Shown: positions 9,371-18,826 of the stretch, one piece after another
How positions within the stretch are numbered: position 1 is the stretch's first letter
How the letters are laid out: every line of letters begins with the position of its first letter
From: a virus
Taxonomy: Duplodnaviria; Caudoviricetes
DNA length: 64,000 nucleotides
Strand: one strand, 5' to 3'
IMG/VR virus record: IMGVR_UViG_3300031994_000061
Coordinates: 21,868-85,867 of that record
Notes under the pieces: model-generated
What the model was told of the DNA's origin: nothing
What the model saw: the letters and a program-made list of their open reading frames with translations, nothing else
Database searches by the model: none
Translations under genes and position numbers: made by a program

Positions 9371-10519
9371 TCAGAATCCTATTTTCTTCACTTCCTGTTT
9401 GTTAATGACATTCTCCTTATCCTTATGATAGATGTCGGCAAGTGTCATACCTTTCTTTGCGTCTGAGACGAGTGTCTGTGTCTTTTCAAGTGACAGATTG
9501 TTGAATGTATATTTAAGTGACAACCTTCCCTTTCTGAGAAGTGCCTCGTCAATTTTGCTTTCCGCACAGTTGAATGAGCAGATGAACTTACAGTTTACAG
9601 TCTCACCAATAATGCCATCAGTAAGATTAAGGAGTGTACCCATAAATGGGTTTCCCTCTTCTCTCTTAGACAGAATTTTCTCACAGTCCTCAAGCACTAC
9701 GATAGAGTTACGATATTCCAGCAAGAATGAGATAAATGCTGAAGATGTGATATTCTTAAGAAGGCTTGAATCAATGTACAAGAACTTCTTGTCACTGATT
9801 TCACCCATCAAGTGTTTAATTAAGGATGTTTTACCAGTTCCAGGCTTACCATTAAACAAAATGAGTTCCTTAGTTGGTGATGTAAGAAGTTCTATTATTT
9901 CCTTGTATGGAAGGTCATCGTTATAATTTTTCTCAAGGTCTATCTTCATCTTCTTAAACTCAAGTGTCTGAGTCATAAGACCGTTGGAATATCCCTGTCT
10001 AACCCACAGATAAGAAGACATTTCCTTATTGTCCAGTTCAACTTCAACAAGGCTTTCATAGATAAATTCAGCCATCCTGCCGATATTATCCTTGTTATCG
10101 GTGTATATATTTACGTTATCAAGCCTCTTAAGCTCGCTATCACCAATGGTAGAACTGTAATTCTCCATCACAATCATACCTATTTCACTGATGAACAATG
10201 CAACATTTAGTACTGGGTATGCAACGCATCCCATTTTCTCTGCTGTGTCGATGAATGAGTAGTTTTTAGAGAATTTAGTAAACTTCTCACCTATTTTTGT
10301 ATTATCAAGTGAGCGATTAATAAATTTGAGAGCACCACCATCCTTAAGTTCCATCATTGAGAAGTGGTAAATTGGGTTGTGTTTATACACGAACGTGTAG
10401 AGCATCCTATAGTTTACCTCTGGTGCTATTCCATGAGTATATATGATGACATCTTGACAATGTTCCATCAATACCTCATGATAGCGTCCTAGCATTGATT
10501 CTGATTGTTTTATATCCAT
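9371..10519 (-). CDS. AAA+ ATPase (BCS1-like)
   Basis: Walker A GKPGTGKT, Walker B IVVLEDCE, LLNLTDG, IDEALLRKGR. Confidence 0.85.
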   Translation of the reverse strand: MDIKQSESMLGRYHEVLMEHCQDVIIYTHGIAPEVNYRMLYTFVYKHNPIYHFSMMELKDGGALKFINRSLDNTKIGEKFTKFSKNYSFIDTAEKMGCVAYPVLNVALFISEIGMIVMENYSSTIGDSELKRLDNVNIYTDNKDNIGRMAEFIYESLVEVELDNKEMSSYLWVRQGYSNGLMTQTLEFKKMKIDLEKNYNDDLPYKEIIELLTSPTKELILFNGKPGTGKTSLIKHLMGEISDKKFLYIDSSLLKNITSSAFISFLLEYRNSIVVLEDCEKILSKREEGNPFMGTLLNLTDGIIGETVNCKFICSFNCAESKIDEALLRKGRLSLKYTFNNLSLEKTQTLVSDAKKGMTLADIYHKDKENVINKQEVKKIGF

Positions 10520-10570
10520 TATTACTCTAATAATTTATTGGGGTATACAATACACCCAGTGAATTTTCGG

Positions 10571-10602
10571 CAAAGATATATAAAAATTTTGGGATAAACA
10601 AG
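10571..10602 (-). promoter_or_regulatory. Bacteroidota promoter (CTTG-N20-TATCTTTG)
   Basis: -7 box 10571-10578, -33 box 10599-10602. Confidence 0.75.
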
Positions 10603-10653
10603 TAATCTTTATTTTTAAACGAATATTTAACAATATTTATTAGTTGGAAAAAC

Positions 10654-10661
10654 TATTTATA
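10654..10661 (+). promoter_or_regulatory. putative phage late promoter TATTTATA
   Basis: motif recurs upstream of structural genes throughout the window. Confidence 0.6.
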
Positions 10662-10668
10662 GTATAAT

Positions 10669-11064
10669 ATGGGAGTAATTAAAAACATAAAAGCTTCAAT
10701 AGACGATAAGTCTTCAATGAGTGTGAACAGCATAACCATGTTGGTATCTGCCATTATGGGTGTAATCATTGGACTTGTCATATGTTTTGTGCTTGTATAT
10801 GATGTGGTTTACGATGGTAAGGTTGACACCAACCTAACAGATATGGGTATATTTCTCCTTTGTAGTGGTGGATATATTCTAGGTAGTGGCGTTCCTAAAG
10901 CTTATGTTGATAGCAAATTAAAAACACGTTCCTGGGTTGAGAATGAAAAACTACAGATTGAAGCTGAAGAAGACCTTAATGACCTTAGAGCTGAAAGAAG
11001 ACGTAAAAGGAGAGCAGCCTTAGATGATGATAAACCAGATGAAGATTACACACCAGATGAATAA
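10669..11064 (+). CDS. holin-like two-TM membrane protein
   Basis: two TM helices and a highly charged C-terminal tail; late motif upstream. Confidence 0.55.
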   Translation: MGVIKNIKASIDDKSSMSVNSITMLVSAIMGVIIGLVICFVLVYDVVYDGKVDTNLTDMGIFLLCSGGYILGSGVPKAYVDSKLKTRSWVENEKLQIEAEEDLNDLRAERRRKRRAALDDDKPDEDYTPDE

Positions 11065-11086
11065 AAGAAAAAATATAAGATAAATT

Positions 11087-12475
11087 ATGAATAAGAAAGT
11101 TCTTGATTTTGTAAATAAACTAGAAGGATACAAAACAGCGATTAAGTCCCTCCATTGGGATTCTGACAGCCTGTCACAGCATGAGCTTTGTGACAAAATA
11201 GCTGATACTATAGCTGAGTTCCAGGATACAGTTTCAGAGGTTGAACAGTCAATTACTGGTAACTTGGATAAGGGTGAACTTAAGCCAGAGGAGTATAAGG
11301 TTACGACGCTGAAAAAATTCGTCGAGGATGTATTAGATTCCGCAAACTCATTCTATAAGAGTATTGAGGATGAAGGAGACACATACACTGGTATGAGAAG
11401 TGACTGTGAGTCATTCCTATCAGATATGCAGAGGAATCTTTACCTTGTCAACTTCACCATGAAGGAAGATTTTAAGAGAAGGTTTTCAAACAGAATTAAT
11501 GAGGGCTTCAGAAAGGAAGAGAATATCAAGACAACCTTCAATGGAACTAAACCAATGACTGAAAAAGGTGTATTCAAGAGAATCAACGACCTCACCAAGA
11601 ACGGTCAGCTTAATACCAGGACGTTCGGTAGTCTTAACGATGTTATGGAGTTCTATGGAAAGATTCTTGGAAACATCGGTTCTCTCAGTACAATAGAGCC
11701 TAACGAATCAACTCATATCGTACAGCTTGATGCAAACAACGGTATGACATATTTTGGTCTACTTAGAGTTAAGGATGAAGGTGGAAAGTGTAAAGCTAGT
11801 ATCACATTCTCTCCTCACAGTGACGAAACACAGCAGCCAGAGCCAGAAATGAATGAACCTACGATTGAGGATGGAAACAACTATGAAATCTATGGCGAGG
11901 GTACTGCATACAGGATGACTGGTGATGAGTTTCGTAGTTTGGTGAAGGAATCTGTAATGAAAATTCTTGAGAGTGACTACCAATATAACCCAATGGATTT
12001 GAACGGCGACAGTGTGAGGGCGCAATATGCTGGTCAGATAGAGCGTGATGAGAACAAGAAGAAAAACTATCAGCTTTTCATGGATGCATTCAAGAAACTT
12101 CGTTACGAGTATGGTGTTAGAATTGGTATGAGTGGCTTCATGAAATATGTGGAAAAAGTGGAAGGCAACTCACTATATGAAAAGATTTGGGAGCATTACG
12201 GTGGTGAATACGAGGAACTTGCAGACCAATATCTACAGAATGTGGTTATGTCGGGTAAGAAGATGGAGAGTAGAGAGCCAACTAGCAACATAGTAGAGAA
12301 GTCAGACATACACATAAAGAAATCCAAGGAAGGTACATTTACAGCAGCAGCCAACAAGCATGGTGAGTCTGTACAGGGGTTTGCTTCCAAGGTATTGAAT
12401 AATAAGGAAAATTACTCCCCTGCAATGGTCAAGAAGGCTAACTTTGCAAGGAATGCTAAAAACTGGAATAAATAA
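11087..12475 (+). CDS. multidomain protein: ferritin/Dps-like (DUF5856-like) N-terminus, cargo-leader motif, C-terminal IHIK...FARNA..W domain
   Basis: LHW...HELCD...QD..E four-helix motif; internal MTGDEFRSLVKESVMKILES; C-terminal DIHIKKSKEGTFT...KKANFARNAKNW. Confidence 0.65.
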   Translation: MNKKVLDFVNKLEGYKTAIKSLHWDSDSLSQHELCDKIADTIAEFQDTVSEVEQSITGNLDKGELKPEEYKVTTLKKFVEDVLDSANSFYKSIEDEGDTYTGMRSDCESFLSDMQRNLYLVNFTMKEDFKRRFSNRINEGFRKEENIKTTFNGTKPMTEKGVFKRINDLTKNGQLNTRTFGSLNDVMEFYGKILGNIGSLSTIEPNESTHIVQLDANNGMTYFGLLRVKDEGGKCKASITFSPHSDETQQPEPEMNEPTIEDGNNYEIYGEGTAYRMTGDEFRSLVKESVMKILESDYQYNPMDLNGDSVRAQYAGQIERDENKKKNYQLFMDAFKKLRYEYGVRIGMSGFMKYVEKVEGNSLYEKIWEHYGGEYEELADQYLQNVVMSGKKMESREPTSNIVEKSDIHIKKSKEGTFTAAANKHGESVQGFASKVLNNKENYSPAMVKKANFARNAKNWNK

Positions 12476-12927
12476 TGAAACAGATTATAAGGTTAACAGA
12501 GAGTGACCTTCACCAGCTTGTGAAGGAATCTGTACAGAAGATATTGAGAGAAAGGTGGTATCCAAGTGAGGAAGATGACATATCAGACTACTCATATGGC
12601 TCTATCATGAAAATGGAAGTCGGTGGTTATCTTGATGAACTTGCTCCAGAGATTATACAAACTCTCCAGTCAGTAAAAGACGAGAATATTGAGTCAGAGC
12701 AGAGCTATGTATCGGTATTGGTTAGAAACGTACAGCTCACACGTGATGAGCATGGGTTTGTAAACATCATAATAGAAGTTGCAGTATCAGCACCTAATAT
12801 GCCTACTAACGACATTGAGGAAGAGGCTAAGGAACAGGTATGGCTTTGGTTTGAAAACAAGACTGGTGAGAGGATAACCAATCTTTCAATAGTTGATGAA
12901 GAAGATGTTTTTGACAGAAGAGGATAA
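12475..12927 (+). CDS. putative head-packaged protein with LTESDL leader
   Basis: N-terminus MKQIIRLTESDLHQLVKESVQKILRE. Confidence 0.75.
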   Translation: MKQIIRLTESDLHQLVKESVQKILRERWYPSEEDDISDYSYGSIMKMEVGGYLDELAPEIIQTLQSVKDENIESEQSYVSVLVRNVQLTRDEHGFVNIIIEVAVSAPNMPTNDIEEEAKEQVWLWFENKTGERITNLSIVDEEDVFDRRG

Positions 12928-13135
12928 AAAGAAAAGAGTTAAGGTCACTCCTTAACTCTTTTTTCTTATCATTACGATTGTATTTACTTTTGTCTTTATA
13001 AGCACGGTTCATAGAAACAAATTGACCGCCACCATAACGTTCAAGCTGTTCGTTACGGCTTATCATTCTCAGTATCTTATACTGTTCAGTGCTCTTAGTT
13101 GGTTTACTTTTTTTACACATCTTGAAATCCTCCAT
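12827..13135 (-). CDS. small basic hypothetical protein (3' end runs through the terminator)
   Basis: Lys/Arg-rich ORF coupled to the upstream phosphoesterase; the last ~45 codons overlap the hairpin and the opposite gene. Confidence 0.4.
   Translation of the reverse strand: MEDFKMCKKSKPTKSTEQYKILRMISRNEQLERYGGGQFVSMNRAYKDKSKYNRNDKKKELRSDLNSFLFILFCQKHLLHQLLKDWLSSHQSCFQTKAIPVP
12932..12966. terminator. bidirectional intrinsic terminator
   Basis: AAAGAGTTAAGG-tcact-CCTTAACTCTTT with A/T tracts, between convergent genes. Confidence 0.85.
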
Positions 13136-13817
13136 CTTCTGTTAATATAAATGCTTTTCTGCAATCAAGGCAAGCCCACGTCTTTGTTATGACTGGGTGT
13201 TCTTCTTGCTGGGAATGACCGAAAACCTGGTAAATACCATCAATATCTTCAGTATTCCCCTTTTCATTGATGTCTGACCACACCATGCTTCCAATTCTTC
13301 CCATACCACCTCTCTCACTAGAAACCTGTGTTAATACCTCGATTCCCCTTTTAATGTCCTTGAGGTGATTTAGGTTTTCAACTGTGAGTTCTCCAATTAA
13401 GTCCTTATGTGCCTTATACCACGAGTTCAACACACCAGCATGTGTGAACAAGTATCTCTGCCCATTTATCATTTCCTCGTATGCCATATCAAACAGGCTC
13501 TTGTGTGAACGAAAATCCTCCTTAATGTGATATGCATTACTTGAATCATATCTTGACCTTGTTCTGAAGTGGTCATCGTAGTAATGGAGGTCGTGGTTTC
13601 CAAGTAGGAGTATCACTTTATCTTTGTTATCCTGCTTGTATTTTATAATATCCTCGAAATTTCTTATTGCATCTTTCCTGGTTATAAATTCCCAAGGGTA
13701 TGGGTCAAGGTAATCACCAAGGAATATTATTTTAGAGCACTCATCAGCGTGTTTTTCTATGGCATCTTTCCAGAATGTACGACCATGTACATCTGGGATT
13801 ATTAATATTTTACTCAT
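13113..13817 (-). CDS. calcineurin-like metallophosphoesterase
   Basis: DVHG, GDYLD, GNHD, THAG, GHS motifs. Confidence 0.9.
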   Translation of the reverse strand: MSKILIIPDVHGRTFWKDAIEKHADECSKIIFLGDYLDPYPWEFITRKDAIRNFEDIIKYKQDNKDKVILLLGNHDLHYYDDHFRTRSRYDSSNAYHIKEDFRSHKSLFDMAYEEMINGQRYLFTHAGVLNSWYKAHKDLIGELTVENLNHLKDIKRGIEVLTQVSSERGGMGRIGSMVWSDINEKGNTEDIDGIYQVFGHSQQEEHPVITKTWACLDCRKAFILTEDGGFQDV

Positions 13818-14181
13818 TTACTAATATGTTTGCTCCAAGTAAGGCGTGCTCCTTGAAATGTAACTCTACCATATCGTAGAAGAAACATATGTCATCATAG
13901 CTTGGCGGTTCTCTAAGTAATATGTGAACCTCATTTATTTTGAAGAGAACGTACCTTATGAAATAACTATCAAGTTCTCTATCGTCTTGCACAGATAGAT
14001 ACCATCCATCATTCTCTATTCTGTCACGCAGAAATTTTAGATACCCATTTTTCTGATAAAAATATGGTTTTATATATCTGTTGGTTCTGAACTCATTATA
14101 GTATGCCTCATATAAGCCATTATGTTTCAGAAACTGTAACGTTAGTTTAGCAATTCTTGATAACTTTACATTTCGTGTCAT
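13810..14181 (-). CDS. hypothetical protein
   Basis: ORF track. Confidence 0.65.
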   Translation of the reverse strand: MTRNVKLSRIAKLTLQFLKHNGLYEAYYNEFRTNRYIKPYFYQKNGYLKFLRDRIENDGWYLSVQDDRELDSYFIRYVLFKINEVHILLREPPSYDDICFFYDMVELHFKEHALLGANILVNE

Positions 14182-14194
14182 ACACCACTACTTT

Positions 14195-14815
14195 TTATTT
14201 TTCCTTCTTAAATTTTGATTTCAACAACTGTTTACCTATTTTTTCTACAACCTCTCCCCATGACACTGGTGAATAGTCGTTGTTATCTACACCAACGTCG
14301 TATTGTGTTGGGAATAACATGTTTAACCTATTTATATCCAACCCTTTTTGATTAGGACCAGAATGCACATGACCAAATAGCTGATATACTAATCCTTTTG
14401 GGTCACGATACGTACCTCCATAGCACAGGAATGGTACGTGGTTAAGGTATACCTTCCTACCTTCAATTTCCACCTTCATCTGGAAGGTTACATAGTCGAA
14501 CAGTTCCTGCTCGGCAGTTGGTGTCATATTTTTCTCATCGTGGTTTCCCTTGATTAAAATAATTCTACCATTGAGCTGTTCTCTAATCTTCTTCCAGAAT
14601 GGGTATCCACCCCATGCAAAATCTCCAAGATGAAATACCAACCCATCTGGTGGGACTTTCTCATTCCAGTTCTGTATAAGTTTATAGTTCATTTCCTCAA
14701 CATCCTTAAAGGGTCTGTTGCAGAATTCTATGATGTTTGCGTGTCCAAAATGTGTGTCTGATGTAAAAAATATTTTCGAACCGTCTGGATATTTTGTACT
14801 AATATTCTCTTTCAT
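14195..14815 (-). CDS. metallophosphoesterase (phage type)
   Basis: FTSDTHFGH, HLGDF, GNHD, NHVP, GHVH motifs. Confidence 0.9.
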   Translation of the reverse strand: MKENISTKYPDGSKIFFTSDTHFGHANIIEFCNRPFKDVEEMNYKLIQNWNEKVPPDGLVFHLGDFAWGGYPFWKKIREQLNGRIILIKGNHDEKNMTPTAEQELFDYVTFQMKVEIEGRKVYLNHVPFLCYGGTYRDPKGLVYQLFGHVHSGPNQKGLDINRLNMLFPTQYDVGVDNNDYSPVSWGEVVEKIGKQLLKSKFKKEK

Positions 14816-14819
14816 TTTG

Positions 14820-14851
14820 CAAAGTTATATATTTTTTTTCGAAAAAACAAA
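14820..14851 (-). promoter_or_regulatory. Bacteroidota promoter (TTTG-N20-TAACTTTG)
   Basis: -7 box 14820-14827, -33 box 14848-14851. Confidence 0.8.
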
Positions 14852-14870
14852 TATGTCTAGTTAAATCATG

Positions 14871-15731
14871 TTAAACTAGCATTTTTATATCCTCTATGTT
14901 TAAAGAATTATACACGAATTCATATGTATCATCCTTATAGGTTATCTTTACTCCATACCCCCATGCAGATTCTATAGACTTTATATTTTCTTCGTTAAAT
15001 TCTATTGGCGAATATGTGAAAATATCCTTCGATAACATGAGCATGTCAAGGGTTGACATCTTGGTTATCTCATTCTCAGAACCATTTTCCAGTATTCTGT
15101 TAAACTCTTTATCCCTAAGGGCGCAAGAGCTTTGGTAGTTACCCATGAAAGTTTCCCACTTAAATTGTAAATAATGGAGTGTGTCATTGTTTATTATAAT
15201 TCTGTTCCAGCAATCATGCCACTTCAATGAGGTCTCCGACTCATGGTTTGACACATTCTCCAATGTAGGTCTTACAACAAACCAGCACTCCCCACCAAGT
15301 TCATCTATGAGTGCCTTTTCGTTTTTAAACCTTACATCGTCTATGACGTAATCATAGTTTGTGTCAATCATGGAGCGTATTCTCTCTACGTGCCAGTTTG
15401 TATTATATTCCCTAATTAAGTCTGTCCCTATGAACTGTAACATTTCCCTTACAGTGTTCAAGACCTTTCCGTTACATTTCTCTTTAACAATATCCAACGG
15501 AATCTCTGTTTCTTCAGACAGTATTTCGCACATATCGTTATCCATTGTTATACCTATATCAACACCCTTGTTTTTAGCATCGTTAAGGGCATCAACTGAT
15601 ATATCCAATAAGTCTGCACACAACTGCTTAAGCGGCAGTGCGAAGTATAGCTTTCTATAGCCCATAGCTTCACAAACCTTCGCAAGTTCTGTCTTTCCAG
15701 AACGCATACGACCCGCAAAACCGATAATCAT
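14871..15731 (-). CDS. deoxynucleoside monophosphate kinase (T4 gp1-like)
   Basis: IIGFAGRMRSGK P-loop, FALPLK, REMLQFIGT, IDDVRFKNE, HESE. Confidence 0.85.
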   Translation of the reverse strand: MIIGFAGRMRSGKTELAKVCEAMGYRKLYFALPLKQLCADLLDISVDALNDAKNKGVDIGITMDNDMCEILSEETEIPLDIVKEKCNGKVLNTVREMLQFIGTDLIREYNTNWHVERIRSMIDTNYDYVIDDVRFKNEKALIDELGGECWFVVRPTLENVSNHESETSLKWHDCWNRIIINNDTLHYLQFKWETFMGNYQSSCALRDKEFNRILENGSENEITKMSTLDMLMLSKDIFTYSPIEFNEENIKSIESAWGYGVKITYKDDTYEFVYNSLNIEDIKMLV

Positions 15732-15733
15732 GA

Positions 15734-16045
15734 TTATTCCTCCTCTTCACCCTTTAAAGTACTGTTTATAAGGTCTACCAAATCTTTAAGAGGTACGTTA
15801 CCAAGAACCTTGTATATTGGTTTATCGTTTTCATCGAACAGTATTGTCGTTGGAATCGACTTAATGCCAAGTTTCTCAACTAATGGTTGCATATCTACAT
15901 CCTTTTCAATATCGATTGCCTCAAATGTAATATCCTTGAAGTCTTCCATTTCACTCACCTTCTTGAATGTTGAGGCATATGTGCGGCATGGAGCACACCA
16001 TGTAGCACTAAATTTTAATACTTTCTTTGTTCTGTTTGTATTCAT
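15734..16045 (-). CDS. trxA: thioredoxin
   Basis: FSATWCAPC active site and SIPT cis-Pro motif. Confidence 0.9.
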   Translation of the reverse strand: MNTNRTKKVLKFSATWCAPCRTYASTFKKVSEMEDFKDITFEAIDIEKDVDMQPLVEKLGIKSIPTTILFDENDKPIYKVLGNVPLKDLVDLINSTLKGEEEE

Positions 16046-17835
16046 CTTCTTCCTATCTTAATTTTTTTCTTATTTTTAAATATATCATTGAACGAATTAA
16101 TTGTCCTGGTTGAGTTAATGTTTATGGTTGAACTTGATGAAATCTTCTTCTCAACTGGCTTTGCGTTGGCTATGATAGCTCTTGCTGAACTCTCGTTGAT
16201 GATTGTCTTCGTTGTTTTACCAAGAATCCTGTTTACCTGGTATTCTATTCTTGCAAGTGCTGATGTGCTATTTGCACTATTTGTATCAAAACTATCGAAA
16301 TCCTTCTCATCAATGAAACCAAGCACGTCTTTTGCCCTAGTGTAGGCAACATACATGAGGTTGGTTTCTTGTTGAATTTCCCAGTCCTTCTGAGCAGCCT
16401 TACTAGGCATTAGTGATGGACACACGATAAACACCCTGTTAGCTTCAAGTCCCTTAGCTTTATGTACCGTTGAAAGTGCTATACCCTCTCCCTTGTCACC
16501 CTTTGGAAATATCTCATCTATTTTCTTAATAAGTTCCTCTGTCTTATTAATGCCTTCAGAGAGAATCTCCAGTGCCTTGATGATATCCAGTTTATTCTCG
16601 ATTAGAGGGTTTTTTAAGGCTGTCTGAGCGTCTATTCCAGACCTTACCATAATGTTATTCCTAGTGATAAATAAATCGTCGTAGAGCCTTACAAATAAGC
16701 CATCCTTTCTACAATCAACATTTATCTCATCCTGTTTCATACTCATCACGAGCGTCTTAAGATTTTTACCAATTTCCTTACCCCTAATAAATGCTTTTTT
16801 ACCAAGCTTTAGAAATTCGTTATAGACTTGTACAAGAGGTGCATTATTTCTACACAGTATCATATCTCCATCCTCTACCATATCCAGAGGAACGTCATAT
16901 AGTATTTTACCTTCTCTGCCACCAGCTTCATTCCATTCGATTGATGGGACAATGGTTCTGGCGTGTTCTACTATGCTCTTTCCACACCTGTATGAAATAC
17001 TAAGCGGTAAACATACGGTATTAGGAATTGACTTAAGAGTATTGAATGATTCTGGGTCGCCACCTGCAAACGAATATAACATCTGGTTTGTATCACCTAC
17101 GGATATAAGTCTAGTACCCATCTTAAAGCACTTCAATACAAGCTCTCTCTCAGCTCTATTCATATCCTGGCACTCATCTACCATAATGTAGTCAAACAGA
17201 AGTCCAAATGGCTTTAAGTAAAGCACATTAGGCAACCATATCATATCGACATAATCTATATGGTCAAGTACATGCTTTCCCCATTCCATAATCTTGATTG
17301 CAACTGCCTTCTCATCCGCAAACGTTTCGATACCATATCTCGCCTCAATGAAATCTAAGTCCTTCTCAGTCTGACACAGGTAATATCTACCAAAGTCAAC
17401 ATACTTAGCTACGTTGTTTATGTATCTAAAGTAATCCTTAGATGATATTCTTCTCAGATTGATTGTAGTATAGTCCTTTATATTGTTTCTTATGTGAGAG
17501 ATATACTTATATTCATCTGGATTTCCTCCAATCTGTCCTGGGAAATTCTTATTAAGCATTGCAAGACCAACACCATGAAGCGTCTTCACTAGCACATTGC
17601 TGAATTTTTTCGTTTTCTTCTGTAATTCAGTTACAATATCCCTATTGAATGCTGTCATGAGAACCTGTTTGTCTTCTGGTATTAGTTCTAAACACTTCAC
17701 TAGTGTTGTTGTTTTTCCAGCACCAGCAGCGGCTTCTACTACAATGTGACCGTTTCCATGAAGAATCTGGTCAAATATGGCTGATTGATATTTGCTAGGT
17801 GTAAAATCATCTGTTACTTTTTTCTTTCTTCCCAT
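16042..17835 (-). CDS. UvrD/Rep-like superfamily 1 helicase
   Basis: AAAGAGKTT, VDECQD, VGDTNQ, SYRC, STVHKAKGLE, YVAYTRAK; start reassigned to MGRKKK at 17835, since the longer ORF start lies in a terminator/promoter. Confidence 0.9.
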   Translation of the reverse strand: MGRKKKVTDDFTPSKYQSAIFDQILHGNGHIVVEAAAGAGKTTTLVKCLELIPEDKQVLMTAFNRDIVTELQKKTKKFSNVLVKTLHGVGLAMLNKNFPGQIGGNPDEYKYISHIRNNIKDYTTINLRRISSKDYFRYINNVAKYVDFGRYYLCQTEKDLDFIEARYGIETFADEKAVAIKIMEWGKHVLDHIDYVDMIWLPNVLYLKPFGLLFDYIMVDECQDMNRAERELVLKCFKMGTRLISVGDTNQMLYSFAGGDPESFNTLKSIPNTVCLPLSISYRCGKSIVEHARTIVPSIEWNEAGGREGKILYDVPLDMVEDGDMILCRNNAPLVQVYNEFLKLGKKAFIRGKEIGKNLKTLVMSMKQDEINVDCRKDGLFVRLYDDLFITRNNIMVRSGIDAQTALKNPLIENKLDIIKALEILSEGINKTEELIKKIDEIFPKGDKGEGIALSTVHKAKGLEANRVFIVCPSLMPSKAAQKDWEIQQETNLMYVAYTRAKDVLGFIDEKDFDSFDTNSANSTSALARIEYQVNRILGKTTKTIINESSARAIIANAKPVEKKISSSSTININSTRTINSFNDIFKNKKKIKIGRR

Positions 17836-17851
17836 TATCTTTGTTTTTATG

Positions 17852-17882
17852 CAAAGATATATAAAAAATATTAAAAAACAAA
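17852..17882 (-). promoter_or_regulatory. Bacteroidota promoter (TTTG-N19-TATCTTTG)
   Basis: -7 box 17852-17859, -33 box 17879-17882. Confidence 0.75.
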
Positions 17883-17885
17883 ATA

Positions 17886-17912
17886 AACGGGCTAGAAACT
17901 TATCTAACCCGT
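17886..17912 (-). terminator. intrinsic terminator
   Basis: AACGGGTTAGA...TCTAGCCCGTT hairpin followed by T-rich sequence on the minus strand. Confidence 0.65.
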
Positions 17913-17935
17913 TCATTTTTCTGTCTACTTCTCCT

Positions 17936-18730
17936 TTAACCCTCCTGGAAGATGTCCTTCAAGTAGTTGCGCAGGTGAGGATTCTTCTCAAGCGTCTGCT
18001 TGATTTTGTCCTTCAGCTGTACTACTGAGGGGTCGATGGCTACGCCTCTGCCCTCACGAGCTGCACGAACCTCGTTCATACGTCTGTCCTTGTCCTCAAG
18101 GAAACGAACGAGCTGCTCACGGCTTGCACCCTCTACGTCAATCTCGGTGTCCCAAAGCTTGGTCTGGATGATGTCTACCAGCTGCTCACGCTCCATGCTT
18201 GCGAATGGAAGCTGCTGGCTCTGACCCTGTGGAGCTGGCTGCGGATTGCGTGGCCAAGGTCTGAAACGACCATCTGCACCACGAGGCTGGATACCAACTG
18301 GTGGTACAGGCTCTGCTCCCTGGCGATGGAAATCATCGTACAATCCACCTGGATGAGGCATTCCACCTGGGCGAGGAGCACCGCATGGACGAGGAGGGAA
18401 TGGGCGACCCTGTGGTGTACGACCCTGTGGCTGACCGCCTACTGGAGGTACTGGAGCACCGTTCTCCATTGCAAGGGGTGACTCTTCGATTGGCTTAATC
18501 TCCAGAACATTACCAGTTGCAATGAGCAACTTTGCGAAAGTGGTAAGGGTAATCTCACCATTACCGTCGAGAATCTGCGCCAACTCGCCCTCAGAAATGG
18601 CAAGTGCGTATGCCAACTCGCTACGAGAAGTGTTAACCTCCTGCATGAACTGAGACATCTTACTGCGGATGTCATTCTTCGCCTGGCGAACCCACTCGCT
18701 GGCCGATGCTTGTAAAATTTGTCTATTCAT
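17936..18730 (-). CDS. XRE/Cro-type HTH protein with Pro/Gly/Gln-rich disordered linker
   Basis: SRSELAYALAISEGELAQILDGNGEITLTTFAKL HTH; central low-complexity region. Confidence 0.7.
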   Translation of the reverse strand: MNRQILQASASEWVRQAKNDIRSKMSQFMQEVNTSRSELAYALAISEGELAQILDGNGEITLTTFAKLLIATGNVLEIKPIEESPLAMENGAPVPPVGGQPQGRTPQGRPFPPRPCGAPRPGGMPHPGGLYDDFHRQGAEPVPPVGIQPRGADGRFRPWPRNPQPAPQGQSQQLPFASMEREQLVDIIQTKLWDTEIDVEGASREQLVRFLEDKDRRMNEVRAAREGRGVAIDPSVVQLKDKIKQTLEKNPHLRNYLKDIFQEG

Positions 18731-18780
18731 TTTCTAAACTGTTTATAAGTTATAATTCCGTTTAATTTCGAATTTCGGTG

Positions 18781-18812
18781 CAAAGATATATGTTTTTTTT
18801 GTAAAAACCAAA
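18781..18812 (-). promoter_or_regulatory. Bacteroidota promoter (TTTG-N20-TATCTTTG)
   Basis: -7 box 18781-18788, -33 box 18809-18812. Confidence 0.8.
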
Positions 18813-18826
18813 TCCTTTAACACTTT

